Assembly (NCBI GenBank): GCA_040905125.1
Contig: JBBDSF010000111.1
Location: 13,058-77,057, forward strand
Origin: Pseudomonadales bacterium
GTDB lineage: Bacteria > Pseudomonadota > Gammaproteobacteria > Pseudomonadales > Azotimanducaceae
Length of the DNA stretch: 64,000 nt
Direction of reading: 5' to 3'
Part shown: piece by piece, positions 42,321 to 52,786 of the stretch
Numbering within the stretch: position 1 is the stretch's first letter
Layout of the letters: every line of letters begins with the position of its first letter
Program-made: the position numbers and the translations under genes
The notes under the pieces: generated by a model
The model's database searches: none
Told to the model about the DNA's origin: nothing
What the model saw: only the letters and a program-made list of their open reading frames with translations

Positions 42321-43571
42321 ATGGACCCACTTCAGTATCGCCAGGATGAACTGTATATCGAGGACGTGCCCTTATCGGCTGTGGCTGCGCGCTTCGATAC
42401 ACCTGCCTATGTCTACTCCGCTTCATCCATAAGCGCCGCGTTTCGGGACTTCGATGAGGCGTTTCGTAGTCACGACCATCTGATCTGCTATTCCGTCAAA
42501 GCGAACTCGAACCTGGGTGTGCTCGGCCTGCTCGCAGATCTGGGTTCCGGCTTCGACATCGTCTCAGGCGGGGAACTGCAACGCGTTATTCAAGCCGGCG
42601 GCAACCCTGAGCATGTCGTTTTCTCCGGCGTTGGCAAACAAGCCTGGGAAATTCAAGCGGCGCTCAACGCAGGTATAGCATGCTTCAATGTCGAGTCTTT
42701 ATCCGAGTTGCAGCTAATTGACCGCATTGCCGGCAAGCTGGATACCATTGCCCCGGTATCGATTCGGGTTAACCCGGATGTAGACCCTGGTACCCATCCC
42801 TACATAGCGACAGGCCTCAAGGAGAATAAATTCGGAGTCCCCGCCGCCGAAGCCATACCTCTGTATATGCGTTTAGCTGAATTTTCCAACCTCAAGGTCA
42901 TCGGCATCGATTGTCACATTGGCTCACAGATCATGGAACTGCAGCCGTTTATCACCGCGCTGGACTTTGTTCTCGCGTTGGTCGACGATCTGGAACAGCG
43001 GGGGGTGGTTTTGGACCATATCGATCTGGGTGGTGGTCTGGGAGTAAGATATAACGATGAAGAGCCCATAGAAATCGGAACATACGCCGATGCGATACTG
43101 CAGACCCTCGGCCATCGAAAACACAAACTGGTGTTCGAACCAGGTCGCTATATAGTGGCCAATGCCGGCGTTCTACTGACGAGCGTCATCACACTTAAGA
43201 GCAATGAAGAAACCAGATTTGCCGTGGTCGACGCCGCGATGAATGACCTGATCCGTCCCGCCTTGTATCAATCCTGGCAAAATGTCGCTGCCGTTAAATT
43301 GAGACATGAGGATTCCATAACCTGGCAGATTGTCGGTCCCGTGTGCGAAACGGGCGATTTCCTCGCGCGCAATCGGGCCCTGGCCCTTCGGGAAGGCGAT
43401 CTGGTCGCAATATCGTCCGCCGGCGCCTATGGCTTCGTGATGAGTTCCAACTACAACACGCGCGTCCGGGCGGCCGAGATCATGGTGTCAGGTCATGAAA
43501 TGCAATGCGTGCGCGAGCGCGAGAATCTGGACGATTTATTACGGCTCGAGCATCGTTTTTGCTTGCCTTAA
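42321..43571 (+). CDS. lysA: Diaminopimelate decarboxylase
   Basis: PLP-Lys region ICYSVKANSN, DIVSGGEL, the GGGLG motif and the CETGD active-site Cys. Confidence 0.95.
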   Translation: MDPLQYRQDELYIEDVPLSAVAARFDTPAYVYSASSISAAFRDFDEAFRSHDHLICYSVKANSNLGVLGLLADLGSGFDIVSGGELQRVIQAGGNPEHVVFSGVGKQAWEIQAALNAGIACFNVESLSELQLIDRIAGKLDTIAPVSIRVNPDVDPGTHPYIATGLKENKFGVPAAEAIPLYMRLAEFSNLKVIGIDCHIGSQIMELQPFITALDFVLALVDDLEQRGVVLDHIDLGGGLGVRYNDEEPIEIGTYADAILQTLGHRKHKLVFEPGRYIVANAGVLLTSVITLKSNEETRFAVVDAAMNDLIRPALYQSWQNVAAVKLRHEDSITWQIVGPVCETGDFLARNRALALREGDLVAISSAGAYGFVMSSNYNTRVRAAEIMVSGHEMQCVRERENLDDLLRLEHRFCLP

Positions 43572-43639
43572 CATCTGAGAAGGTGATCATTCCTTACAAA
43601 GGTTGCATTACCACATCGCACGAGTAATCTAACGGTATT

Positions 43640-44488
43640 ATGTTACTTCGATTCACCAAGATGCACGGCCTGGGGAACGACTTCGTGCTCCTGGATCTTA
43701 TCTCCCAGGATATCAACATTCGCCAAGAGCAGATCAGAGCGCTTGCGGACAGACGCAAGGGTATCGGCTTCGATCAGCTTTTGATCGTGGAGCCGCCCAC
43801 CGACCCGGACCTGGATTTTCGCTACCGTATTTTCAACGCGGACGGGAGCGAGGCCGAACAATGTGGCAATGGTGCCCGCTGTTTTATGCGCTTTGTACGT
43901 GACCGTGGATTGACCACAAAAACAAATCTAAAGCTCGAAACCAGAAACGGGATTATAGAGTGCAACCTGGAACGCGACGGTAATGTAAGCGTAAATATGG
44001 GTACGCCAAGACTTGCTCCGGAGCACATTCCGTTTAAAGCCAGTCAACCACAGATCCGTTACCCCCTGGAATTCAGGGAGTCACTGTGCCAACCGCCTGT
44101 CTCCATCTGTATATCAGTGGTAAACATAGGTAATCCTCACGCCGTCATCAGGGTTGACGACGTGGAACATGCGCCGGTTGCTGTTTGGGGTCCCATCATC
44201 GAAAAACACGAATTCTTTCCGGAAAGGACAAACGTTGGTTTTATGGAAGTCATTGACAGAGATAGAATAAATCTTCGAGTATTTGAACGGGGAACGGGGG
44301 AAACAAGTGCATGCGGAACTGGCGCGTGCGCGGCCGTCGTTGCCGGCAGACTACAGGGGTTACTTAACGAGAGCGTTGAAGTTGCCTTGCCGGGAGGGTC
44401 CCTGACCGTCTCCTGGGCAGGAGATGATGCGCCTGTGATTCTAACGGGTCCAGCCTGTCGCGTTTATGAAGGGCGTTTACACATATAA
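43640..44488 (+). CDS. dapF: Diaminopimelate epimerase
   Basis: [15 protein letters not shown] and the two catalytic Cys motifs CGNGARC and SACGTGA. Confidence 0.95.
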   Translation: MLLRFTKMHGLGNDFVLLDLISQDINIRQEQIRALADRRKGIGFDQLLIVEPPTDPDLDFRYRIFNADGSEAEQCGNGARCFMRFVRDRGLTTKTNLKLETRNGIIECNLERDGNVSVNMGTPRLAPEHIPFKASQPQIRYPLEFRESLCQPPVSICISVVNIGNPHAVIRVDDVEHAPVAVWGPIIEKHEFFPERTNVGFMEVIDRDRINLRVFERGTGETSACGTGACAAVVAGRLQGLLNESVEVALPGGSLTVSWAGDDAPVILTGPACRVYEGRLHI

Positions 44489-44528
44489 ACGAAATTTCAT
44501 CACTATGATAAACAGGTGAAACGCAAAA

Positions 44529-45233
44529 ATGACAAAACCAAAAGAAAATTTAAAACAAAAAGAAAACGACAACGAACAAAAGGTCGCCGAATATCTCAGC
44601 AAAAACCCTGACTTCTTTGTCAATCGCGAAAATTTGCTTCTCCAGATGACATTACCCCAAAATCGTGGGGACGCAATCTCTATCGTTGAGCACCAGGCAG
44701 CCCTGTTACGGGAACGAAATCGAGAAATGCGTCATCAACTGGATCAACTTCTCGCGTCTGCTACCAGGAATAATGAAATTTTCGATAAATGTCAGCGTCT
44801 GGTACTGGACCTGATCCAGGCCGAGGATCCGGATCAGTTCTTCAACGCGCTTGAGTCAAGCTTCAAGAAAGACTTTAAGGCTATCGCTTACAGCCTGTTG
44901 ATCTATTCCAAACGCAACCAGCAGATCAATCACTTCACCTGGAGCCTGCCTGCAAAAACGGCTAGAAACTACGTGGGCCCCCTCATGAAAGGAAAGAAAC
45001 CCATACTGGGCGCCTTGCGAGACGAGGAGCAGGATTTCCTGTTTCGTCACGCCAGCGACAAGGTAATGTCTGCAGCTGTCGTGTCCATTAAGGACAAGAA
45101 AAAAATGGGCCTGCTCTCGATCGGCAGCAAAGATCCTGATTACTTTGAGCCGGAAATGGGTACGCTTTTCATCAGCTTTATAGCGGACACTCTGGCACGG
45201 TTATTACCGAGATATATTTATATCGAGGAATAG
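44529..45233 (+). CDS. yigA: DUF484 family protein (YigA)
   Basis: 234-aa ORF with N-terminal VAEYLSKNPDFF, in the conserved dapF-yigA-xerC order. Confidence 0.7.
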   Translation: MTKPKENLKQKENDNEQKVAEYLSKNPDFFVNRENLLLQMTLPQNRGDAISIVEHQAALLRERNREMRHQLDQLLASATRNNEIFDKCQRLVLDLIQAEDPDQFFNALESSFKKDFKAIAYSLLIYSKRNQQINHFTWSLPAKTARNYVGPLMKGKKPILGALRDEEQDFLFRHASDKVMSAAVVSIKDKKKMGLLSIGSKDPDYFEPEMGTLFISFIADTLARLLPRYIYIEE

Positions 45234-45248
45234 CCATGAGGAACAACC

Positions 45249-46184
45249 ATGGCAACTACGCTTACGGAAAACCTGTCAGTTGATGTCGATGCCTTCTTGA
45301 GTCATCTACAAAATGAACGAGGGCTGTCGAAAAGTACCATCAACAGCTACGGTACTGACCTCAGACAACTCATCGAATTCTGCAAGGAAGAAGACGTAAC
45401 CGGCTGGGATCGCCTCGCGGATCATCACTTACGCCGATATATCGCCAATGCCCACAAAACAGGTACTTCCGGCAAAACGCAACAACGTCGCCTGTCCTCT
45501 ATACGGTCGTTCTATTTCTACCTGATCAAAGAAGGGCATGTTCGTCATAACCCGGCACTGGATGTTACAACACCGAAAACCGGACAAAAGCTACCCGAAA
45601 CACTGGACACAGACCAGGTCAGCCAGCTATTGAATATGGCCGGCTCAACCTGGCACATAACGCGGGACAGGGCAATGCTCGAACTGTTTTATTCGTCAGG
45701 GTTGCGCCTCGCAGAACTCGTTAACGCAAACATGGATAACATCGAATGGGCCGAGGGAATGATCCGCGTTACCGGTAAAGGAAACAAGGTGCGAGACTTG
45801 CCTGTTGGTTCCGTAGCACTTGCAGCACTCAAGGCATGGCGAGAAATCAGACACGAGGCGCCGGCAACACGCCGAAGCTCCGTTGACGAGAACGCGCTAT
45901 TTATCAGTGAGCGAGGCAGCCGCATCAGCAGACGGAACGTACAGGCGCGACTAAGACATTGGAGCCTTCGACAGAACATCCCCGGCAGCGTGCACCCCCA
46001 CATGCTGCGTCATTCCTTTGCCAGCCACCTGCTGGAGTCCAGCGGAGACCTCAGAGCGGTGCAGGAATTACTCGGGCACGCGGATATTGCTACCACGCAA
46101 ATCTATACCCACCTGGACTTTCAGCACCTCGCCGAGGTTTACGATCAGTCGCATCCGCGGGCAAAAAAGAAAAAGGATCAATGA
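45249..46184 (+). CDS. xerC: Tyrosine recombinase XerC
   Basis: SAM-like N-domain and a catalytic domain with R...HMLRHSFASHLL...LGHADIATTQIYTH (RHRY). Confidence 0.9.
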   Translation: MATTLTENLSVDVDAFLSHLQNERGLSKSTINSYGTDLRQLIEFCKEEDVTGWDRLADHHLRRYIANAHKTGTSGKTQQRRLSSIRSFYFYLIKEGHVRHNPALDVTTPKTGQKLPETLDTDQVSQLLNMAGSTWHITRDRAMLELFYSSGLRLAELVNANMDNIEWAEGMIRVTGKGNKVRDLPVGSVALAALKAWREIRHEAPATRRSSVDENALFISERGSRISRRNVQARLRHWSLRQNIPGSVHPHMLRHSFASHLLESSGDLRAVQELLGHADIATTQIYTHLDFQHLAEVYDQSHPRAKKKKDQ

Positions 46185-46885
46185 AGCGCATCAAGGTCAT
46201 CGCTTTCGACCTGGACGATACTCTGTGGGATTCGAAGCCGGTGCTCATCAGAGCAGAACAATACCTTGATGAGTGGCTTACCACTCGGGTTCCCGACCTG
46301 CAGTATACTGTGGCGGACATGCGCGATCTGCGACCACTTGTTCTGCATGACAACCCTGAGCTGGCGCATTACATCACCGAATTGCGTCGCCGGGTAATCG
46401 AAATAGCCATGCAGCTCAGCGGGTTGGGTCATAAGGAATCGAAGGCACTGTCTCAGGAGGCCATCAAAGTTTTCCTGGCGGCCCGAAATGAGATAAACCT
46501 GCCACAGGAAACCATGGGGATAATCAGGGCACTGTTCGGTGAATTTACCCTGGGCTCGTTAACCAATGGTAACGCGAACATTCATAGCCTTGGACTTTCG
46601 CCTTATTTCAGTTTTGCTTATGCTGCCGAAGACGTGGGCGCATCCAAACCGGCATCTGATCTGTTTCATGCCGCGTTGCGCCACACCAATTGCAGACCGC
46701 CAGAAATGGTCTATGTGGGTGACGATCCGCTCCTGGATATCGATCCGGCCAATGCTGTCGGTTTGCGTACCGTGATGCTCCAAAACCCCCGACACACCGA
46801 ACCCGGCGAAACCGAGCCTGACGAAATCATTACCCGAATAACCGAACTCCCTGACATCATCGAGCGGTTTCAGACCGGGGATTGA
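46181..46885 (+). CDS. HAD-superfamily hydrolase (YigB-like)
   Basis: IAFDLDDTLWD (DxD) motif I, SLTNGN motif II and VGDD motif IV. The ATG overlaps the xerC stop (ATGA). The track start at 45959 is rejected. Confidence 0.75.
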   Translation: MKRIKVIAFDLDDTLWDSKPVLIRAEQYLDEWLTTRVPDLQYTVADMRDLRPLVLHDNPELAHYITELRRRVIEIAMQLSGLGHKESKALSQEAIKVFLAARNEINLPQETMGIIRALFGEFTLGSLTNGNANIHSLGLSPYFSFAYAAEDVGASKPASDLFHAALRHTNCRPPEMVYVGDDPLLDIDPANAVGLRTVMLQNPRHTEPGETEPDEIITRITELPDIIERFQTGD

Positions 46886-46886
46886 T

Positions 46887-48263
46887 TCAGGCAGTGCCGC
46901 CGGATTCGATAAACGCCTTGACTCGCTCCGGGTCCGGGTCAAGTACGGACTTACGCACAGGCAGGTCGCGTAGCCTGTCAATTGCAGGGTGGGACACTTC
47001 CGCCTCAGGTACGGCTTTGTGGATAGCATCTTCGAATTTTGCCGGATGGGCAGTCGCAAGACATAGAAGCGGCAGATCGGGATCCCGTAAACGATTTCCC
47101 ACCACAATACCCACGGCTGTATGCGGGTCGGCAAGATAACCTTCCTCCAGATAAACCCGGCGGATCGTTGTCAGGGTCTCATCGTCACTGGCAGATCCTG
47201 CCAGAAAAACGTCGTCAAATCGGCGAGTGTTGAAGTCCACCTTAGCCGAACCTGATTCGGCGAATGACTGCATGAACTCGTTAACCTTCGCCGGTGACTC
47301 GCCCAGTTGATAGAACAGATAACGTTCGAAGTTGCTCGCCACCTGGATGTCCATGGCTGGACTGTAGCTGTAAGTAACGTCGCCCCGCGCGTAAACTCCG
47401 GTATCGAAAAATCGTGCCAGAATATCGTTGCTGTTGGTGGCGAGAATCAGCTTATTGACGGGCAATCCCATCCGGCGCGCAAGCCAGGCGGCAAAGATAT
47501 TACCAAAATTGCCTGTGGGCACGCTGACGTCGTAGCGATCCGGTTGTCCCATTCGATACCAGGCAAAAAAGTAATAGACGATTTGTGCCAGTACACGCGC
47601 CCAGTTGACGGAATTGACCGCGGCAAGATTATGTCCTTCCTTGAAGGTCAGATCCGAGAAAATCTCTTTCATTAAAAACTGACAGTCGTCAAAGCTTCCG
47701 TTGATGCCAATATTATGGACGTTCTCATCCAGGATCGTCGTCATTTGTCTTTCCTGGACAGGGCTTGTCTTGCCTTCCGGAAACATCACATAAATGTCGA
47801 TATTGGCTTTGCCATGGACACCGGCGATCGCCGCACTACCCGTGTCGCCACTGGTCGCACCAAGAATATTCAGTGTCGAACCGGTTTCGATGAGAATGTG
47901 TTCGAAGACATTGCCCAGAAACTGCAGCGCCACATCCTTGAACGCCAGGGTCGGGCCGTGAAATAACTCGAGGACACTGTATCCATCGAGTTCGGCTACC
48001 GGCGTAACCTCCGGGTGATCGAACGCCGAATAGCTCTTGTGGACCAGCGAGTTAAGATCGTCTGCGCCGATGTCATCCACGTAGTGGCGCATGATCTCGA
48101 ATGCCAGCTCCGAATAGGGAAGATCAGCCCATGCGGACAGGCTGGCACTGACGTTCGGTATTGTCTCCGGAACCAACAGACCGCCATCATCAGCAAGACC
48201 CATACTGACGGCTTGCTTGAACGCGAGCCCTTTAACGCCACCACGGGTGCTTTGATATTTCAT
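46887..48263 (-). CDS. thrC: Threonine synthase (long form)
   Basis: MKYQSTRG start and the PLP-Lys motif HGPTLAFKDVALQ. 458 aa. Confidence 0.9.
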   Translation of the reverse strand: MKYQSTRGGVKGLAFKQAVSMGLADDGGLLVPETIPNVSASLSAWADLPYSELAFEIMRHYVDDIGADDLNSLVHKSYSAFDHPEVTPVAELDGYSVLELFHGPTLAFKDVALQFLGNVFEHILIETGSTLNILGATSGDTGSAAIAGVHGKANIDIYVMFPEGKTSPVQERQMTTILDENVHNIGINGSFDDCQFLMKEIFSDLTFKEGHNLAAVNSVNWARVLAQIVYYFFAWYRMGQPDRYDVSVPTGNFGNIFAAWLARRMGLPVNKLILATNSNDILARFFDTGVYARGDVTYSYSPAMDIQVASNFERYLFYQLGESPAKVNEFMQSFAESGSAKVDFNTRRFDDVFLAGSASDDETLTTIRRVYLEEGYLADPHTAVGIVVGNRLRDPDLPLLCLATAHPAKFEDAIHKAVPEAEVSHPAIDRLRDLPVRKSVLDPDPERVKAFIESGGTA

Positions 48264-48284
48264 CAGCGGTATCCCGGATGACGA

Positions 48285-48656
<372 letters not shown>

Positions 48657-48684
48657 TTATATTGCCGGGGCAAATGTATCTCAA

Positions 48685-49380
48685 TTACAGACTCTTTCCA
48701 ATGGCGAATACAAATCTTGACTCACACAGATCGGACCCGCCAAAACACTCCGAGCTGGACAGATCCGTATCGTACCATGTAAGGGATAGATCAAGCTCGG
48801 CAACTGATTTGGTCAATCCAATCGAGTAATCGTTATAATCCGGCGTGCCAAACTGCGTGTTGTCGTCAATGGACTGGTGACCGTAATGCAATCCCAGCCC
48901 GAATTCATTTGGCAGCCCGTATTCGTAATTAATGTAAGCGTAGGTTGCCTTATCCGACTCGAAAAAGAAGTCAGGCGACCAGGCCAGGCCGGCAGTGAAC
49001 CCGACAAAGGAAATACTTGCATAGACTTCGTTAAAACTGCTTTCCGGGGCATCTGCCTGTTCATCATCCGGATATTCATAGCGCAAAATTCCGACATCGT
49101 AGCCGATATCTTCCGAGAAGCTGCCGCCATAGCCAGCGTAAAGATCGACTTCAATGGAACCATCGAAGTCAACGTTTGACCCCCAGATGCCCACATAGAA
49201 GCCGGTTTCACTTTCCACATCGAAACCGCCTTGAACGGCGGGATTTTCCGTTGTTTGCGAAATACCTCGAAACGCATAGTCTGTGCCCAGACTAACGTTG
49301 CCGCTGATTTCCGCCGCGGTCGCCGTCCCTGTTCCAAGCAGCAAGCTGGTTCCCAGGATTAGATGTTTAATGTTGGTCAT
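48685..49380 (-). CDS. Putative outer-membrane beta-barrel porin (TorF / TIGR02001-like)
   Basis: Start at 49380 (GGAGA SD) gives a signal peptide MTNIKHLILGTSLLLGTGTATA, then AEISGNVSLGTDYAFRGISQT, alternating beta-strand pattern and a C-terminal aromatic-rich strand. The track start at 49548 is rejected. Confidence 0.65.
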   Translation of the reverse strand: MTNIKHLILGTSLLLGTGTATAAEISGNVSLGTDYAFRGISQTTENPAVQGGFDVESETGFYVGIWGSNVDFDGSIEVDLYAGYGGSFSEDIGYDVGILRYEYPDDEQADAPESSFNEVYASISFVGFTAGLAWSPDFFFESDKATYAYINYEYGLPNEFGLGLHYGHQSIDDNTQFGTPDYNDYSIGLTKSVAELDLSLTWYDTDLSSSECFGGSDLCESRFVFAIGKSL

Positions 49381-49525
49381 GCTTGTTCTCCCATTGTTGA
49401 GCAATGGACTGCGCCAAGTCACATTCGGGCCCATGCCGCTGGAATTCCCGGTTGTTACTCGCCGGCCACAATCCTTGATTAACCGCTTTTTTTTGCAGTC
49501 GTCCGTAGACGGCTTCCATAGCCGT

Positions 49526-49541
49526 AGCATCGACCGTGCCA
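49526..49541 (-). promoter_or_regulatory. Candidate sigma54 promoter for porin-glnK (TGGCACG-N4-ATGC)
   Basis: The minus strand reads aaccTGGCACggtcgATGCtac, with correct GG/GC spacing, about 135 nt upstream of the porin ATG. Confidence 0.55.
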
Positions 49542-49605
49542 GGTTCACTTAGTGCCTTTGATTCAACGAGTTAGCGGATATTTATCATAGCTGCCGGTTA
49601 CTGCC

Positions 49606-49622
49606 GGCACAGCAGTGGTGCA
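49606..49622. promoter_or_regulatory. Candidate NtrC binding site (GGCACA-N5-GGTGCA)
   Basis: 10 of 12 match to TGCACC-N5-GGTGCA, centred about 100 nt upstream of the predicted sigma54 start. Confidence 0.5.
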
Positions 49623-49648
49623 TGGAGACAGGCAATGGTCCATCAAAG

Positions 49649-49665
49649 TGCATCACTTTAGTGCG
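49649..49665. promoter_or_regulatory. Candidate second NtrC binding site (TGCATC-N5-AGTGCG)
   Basis: 9 of 12 match, centred about 43 bp from the first site. The geometry is like glnAp2. Confidence 0.4.
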
Positions 49666-49758
49666 CCTGATGGTCGAACTCTTACAACGATTTGGCTGTG
49701 TTCCTACAGCCGATACAGGACAATTTAAGCGACAATACTTCGTTTGGAGGCCAAAACT

Positions 49759-51279
49759 ATGCCTGTTGCCATCACTTACGGGCGCGCGGAAATCGGTATC
49801 GATGCACCCCTGGTCACTGTGGAAGCCGATACATCCAGCGGCGGCTTGCCACAGATTGTTATTGTTGGATTGCCTGAAACCGCCGTAAAGGAAAGCAAGG
49901 ACCGCGTCAAAGCGGCAATCGTTAACAGCGGTTTTTCTGTGCCTTCTCGTCGTGTGACAGTCAACCTTGCACCAGCAGATTTACCAAAGAACGGCGGGCG
50001 CTACGACCTGGCCATCGCGCTCGCTATACTCGCTGCCAGCAAACAGCTTCCACCGGATTCGCTCGTCGGTCACGAGTTCCTCGGAGAACTTGCCCTCGAC
50101 GGTGAAATTCGCAGCGTAAAAGGTGTTCTGCCCGCAGCCATTCAAGGGGCCCGTAGCACTCGTACGCTGGTTGTACCGTCGGCCAATAGTGCAGAAGCCT
50201 CCTTGTCTCGCGGTGAGAACATTCTCACCGCACAGAATATGGTGCAGGTCACGGACTATCTCAAAGGTAATAGCCGCCTGCCCCAACCTTCCCCCGGTGA
50301 GTGGAAGCCGGCAGCGCCAGGCAAGCTCAAGCTGTCTGATATTCGCGGTCAATATGCTGCAAAAAGAGCACTAATTATTGCAGCCGCAGGAGCCCACAAT
50401 CTTGTCTTTATCGGCCCGCCCGGCAGCGGCAAAACCATGCTGGCCAGCCGACTTGCTGACTTGCTTCCACCAATGAGTTTGCAAGAGTCCCTGGAGGTAG
50501 CCTCCATACGCTCGGTATCGAAATACGCCTTCGACATCCGCGATTGGGGTCGGCGGCCTTTCCGGACACCGCACCACACCGCGTCCGCGGTTGCGCTGGT
50601 GGGTGGCAGCAGTCCACCGAAACCCGGCGAGATTTCCCTGGCCCATCAGGGTGTTCTGTTCCTGGACGAATTGCCCGAATACACTCGTCATGTCCTCGAA
50701 GTCTTGCGCGAGCCACTCGAATCCGGACGTATCATTATCTCCCGGGCGACTCAGCAGGTTTGTTTTCCTGCCAAGTTTCAACTGGTAGCCGCCATGAACC
50801 CCTGTCCCTGCGGTTACCATGGCGATGACTCGGACCGTTGCACCTGCACCAACGATCGCGTTGAAAAATATCGTGGCCGGGTTTCCGGTCCGTTGATGGA
50901 CAGAATCGATCTCCATGTGGATGTACCGGCACTGCCGGGAGGCACGCTTTCGGATCCGAAGTACAAAGGCAACGAATCGGAACACAGTGAGGCCATCAGC
51001 AATGTCGAAAGGGCACGAGAAATAATGTTTTTCCGGGGCTCCAGCCTGAATGCGCACCTTGGTGGTAAGGAGATGGAGGAACATTGCCGACTTTCAGCTA
51101 CGGATTCGAAATTCCTTGATCGCGCCATGGAGACTCTCGGGTTGTCTGCTCGCGGGTACTATAAGGTACTTAAGGTAGCGCGTACGATTGCCGATATTGA
51201 CGGCAAACAGGAAATCGAAACCGGGCACCTGACGGAGGCGCTAAGCTACAGAGGTCTCGACCGCAGCACCACGATATAG
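49759..51279 (+). CDS. comM: Mg-chelatase-like AAA+ ATPase YifB/ComM
   Basis: Lon-protease-like N-domain, Walker A GPPGSGKTM, FLDELPE Walker B and a C-terminal ChlI-like domain. ATG at 49759, 8 nt after a GGAGG SD. Confidence 0.9.
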   Translation: MPVAITYGRAEIGIDAPLVTVEADTSSGGLPQIVIVGLPETAVKESKDRVKAAIVNSGFSVPSRRVTVNLAPADLPKNGGRYDLAIALAILAASKQLPPDSLVGHEFLGELALDGEIRSVKGVLPAAIQGARSTRTLVVPSANSAEASLSRGENILTAQNMVQVTDYLKGNSRLPQPSPGEWKPAAPGKLKLSDIRGQYAAKRALIIAAAGAHNLVFIGPPGSGKTMLASRLADLLPPMSLQESLEVASIRSVSKYAFDIRDWGRRPFRTPHHTASAVALVGGSSPPKPGEISLAHQGVLFLDELPEYTRHVLEVLREPLESGRIIISRATQQVCFPAKFQLVAAMNPCPCGYHGDDSDRCTCTNDRVEKYRGRVSGPLMDRIDLHVDVPALPGGTLSDPKYKGNESEHSEAISNVERAREIMFFRGSSLNAHLGGKEMEEHCRLSATDSKFLDRAMETLGLSARGYYKVLKVARTIADIDGKQEIETGHLTEALSYRGLDRSTTI

Positions 51280-51335
51280 TCTGCATTATTAACGAACGAC
51301 CATCTTACGTGCAGACGGGTGGCAGGGGGCTTATT

Positions 51336-51512
51336 TTATATTGTGCCAGTTTGACCTATGTCGCTGACAAATGCTGGAATCTCCCCCGCGTTGAGGGGAA
51401 GGGAGTAATAAAACCCCTGGCCGATATCACATCCAAAGGACTTGAGCATTTCGATGTTATCCGCGCTTTCAATCCCTTCCGCCGTTACCGTGAGATCCAT
51501 AGTCTTACCCAT
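51336..51512 (-). pseudogene. Remnant of an EAL-domain (c-di-GMP phosphodiesterase) gene; C-terminal ~55 residues only
   Basis: My own translation: MGKTMDLTVTAEGIESADNIEMLKSFGCDIGQGFYYSLPLNAGEIPAFV... This matches the conserved EAL C-terminus (vAEGVEt...L...GCd.gQGy.fs.Pl). An in-frame TAG lies 15 nt upstream of the ATG and no N-terminal part is present. Confidence 0.55.
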
Positions 51513-51553
51513 GGCGGCGGAAGGCTAAATATTATCTATAGAACAAGGTATCG

Positions 51554-52411
51554 TCATTGGCGAACTGGCGTCATGGCCCTGGACTCCTCACGTTCTGTAT
51601 CCCTGACCTTCTCATCCAGATCGTTCAGGAATTGCCGCGTTTCGGGATTGGCAGGAAAGAACGTCTCGATGCGTAACTCGGCAAGGGTGGCATCCATGGG
51701 CATGTTGAATGCACTCATCATGGTATACAGATCGACTCGCGTCTCGCCTTTTTCGAGTTCGAGCAATGCAACGGGAAAGTTGCCTTCGGTATCCACCGTG
51801 TAACGAGAGCCCGTGGCATTAATTGCCGCCTCAATATCCGCAATAAGATTCGACAGCTCCTCATGCATAACATTATGTTCAAGTTCGCGCTTGAGCTGTC
51901 CCAGCATACCCCGGATGAAGCCATCCCAATTGCGGATGAAGGGCTTGAGACCGCCTGGGTCAAGACAGACCCTGATTGCATTCGTTGGCGTCGTGCCGTC
52001 ACCAGGGTCAGCCGTACCAGGAAAGTGTCGGAAGAGCGCCACTGCAGTCTCGTTGGCGCCAAACATGTTCCAGGCCCTGTCTACCAAAATCGCAGGGAAC
52101 GGTTGGTGACTTGACAATATCTCCTGAAGCGCCGTTATAACGCCTTCCAGACGCGCGCTCGTCAGCGGTTCGTGAGTATACAGGGGCGCAAATCCGGCAG
52201 CTTCAAGCAGTCCATTACGCGCACTTGTGGGAATATCCAGCGTATCAGCCATGACCAGAACCGCTTCTCGACTCGGGCGCGCCCGGCCCGATTCCAGAAA
52301 GCTCACGTGACGCTGTGAGTAACCCGACTTCATCGCCACTTCCAATTGGGTTCGGCCGCGGGCATTGCGCCAGTAACGAATCTGGCTACCAAATGCGTTA
52401 CGTTGTCCCAT
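51554..52411 (-). CDS. XRE-family HTH regulator with MmyB-like ligand-binding domain
   Basis: N-terminal HTH (RGRTQLEVAMKSGYSQRHVSFLESGRARPS) plus a ~200-aa C-terminal MmyB-like domain. Confidence 0.75.
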   Translation of the reverse strand: MGQRNAFGSQIRYWRNARGRTQLEVAMKSGYSQRHVSFLESGRARPSREAVLVMADTLDIPTSARNGLLEAAGFAPLYTHEPLTSARLEGVITALQEILSSHQPFPAILVDRAWNMFGANETAVALFRHFPGTADPGDGTTPTNAIRVCLDPGGLKPFIRNWDGFIRGMLGQLKRELEHNVMHEELSNLIADIEAAINATGSRYTVDTEGNFPVALLELEKGETRVDLYTMMSAFNMPMDATLAELRIETFFPANPETRQFLNDLDEKVRDTEREESRAMTPVRQ

Positions 52412-52734
52412 CAGGCTATCGCCTCCCTATGTTCGGTTGTCGACGTGCGTCGCGCTTCCATATACAGATACGCGGGTAACGCACATGACAAACCCACGAA
52501 TAAATTCACGACAACATAAGCCAACATGTTTCGAGCTCTTTGTTGCCAGAGATAAATCCAGAATACCAGAGATGAGATCAAGAGGTCTGCACCGATACCG
52601 CCGGCAGCACCATTGATAAACATGCCCCCAATAAAGTCACCAGGCCCGAAACCGGCCTCGGAGAAATGCCAGGAGAAGAAGATGTACGGCACGATGGCGC
52701 CCAGTATCGCCAGGCTCAAATAAATAACTTGCAT
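52411..52734 (-). CDS. Small membrane protein (DUF2834-like)
   Basis: 107 aa from the ATG at 52734 (GGGAG SD) with 3-4 TM helices. Its stop overlaps the regulator's ATG by 1 nt (TGATG). Family assignment is from memory only. Confidence 0.5.
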   Translation of the reverse strand: MQVIYLSLAILGAIVPYIFFSWHFSEAGFGPGDFIGGMFINGAAGGIGADLLISSLVFWIYLWQQRARNMLAYVVVNLFVGLSCALPAYLYMEARRTSTTEHREAIA

Positions 52735-52786
52735 AGTGAACTCCCAATGAAATTTGCCCCTTAAGCGTAAACCGCAGGCGTATGGG

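Noticed and set aside
45249-46184. Tyrosine recombinase considered as a marker of an integrated mobile element.
   Set aside because: It sits in the conserved housekeeping dapF-yigA-xerC-yigB block. There are no flanking repeats, att-like sites, tRNA or cargo genes.
51309-51803. 164-aa plus-strand ORF spanning the EAL remnant and the 3' end of the MmyB-like regulator.
   Set aside because: It is antisense to two better-supported frames and has no motifs.
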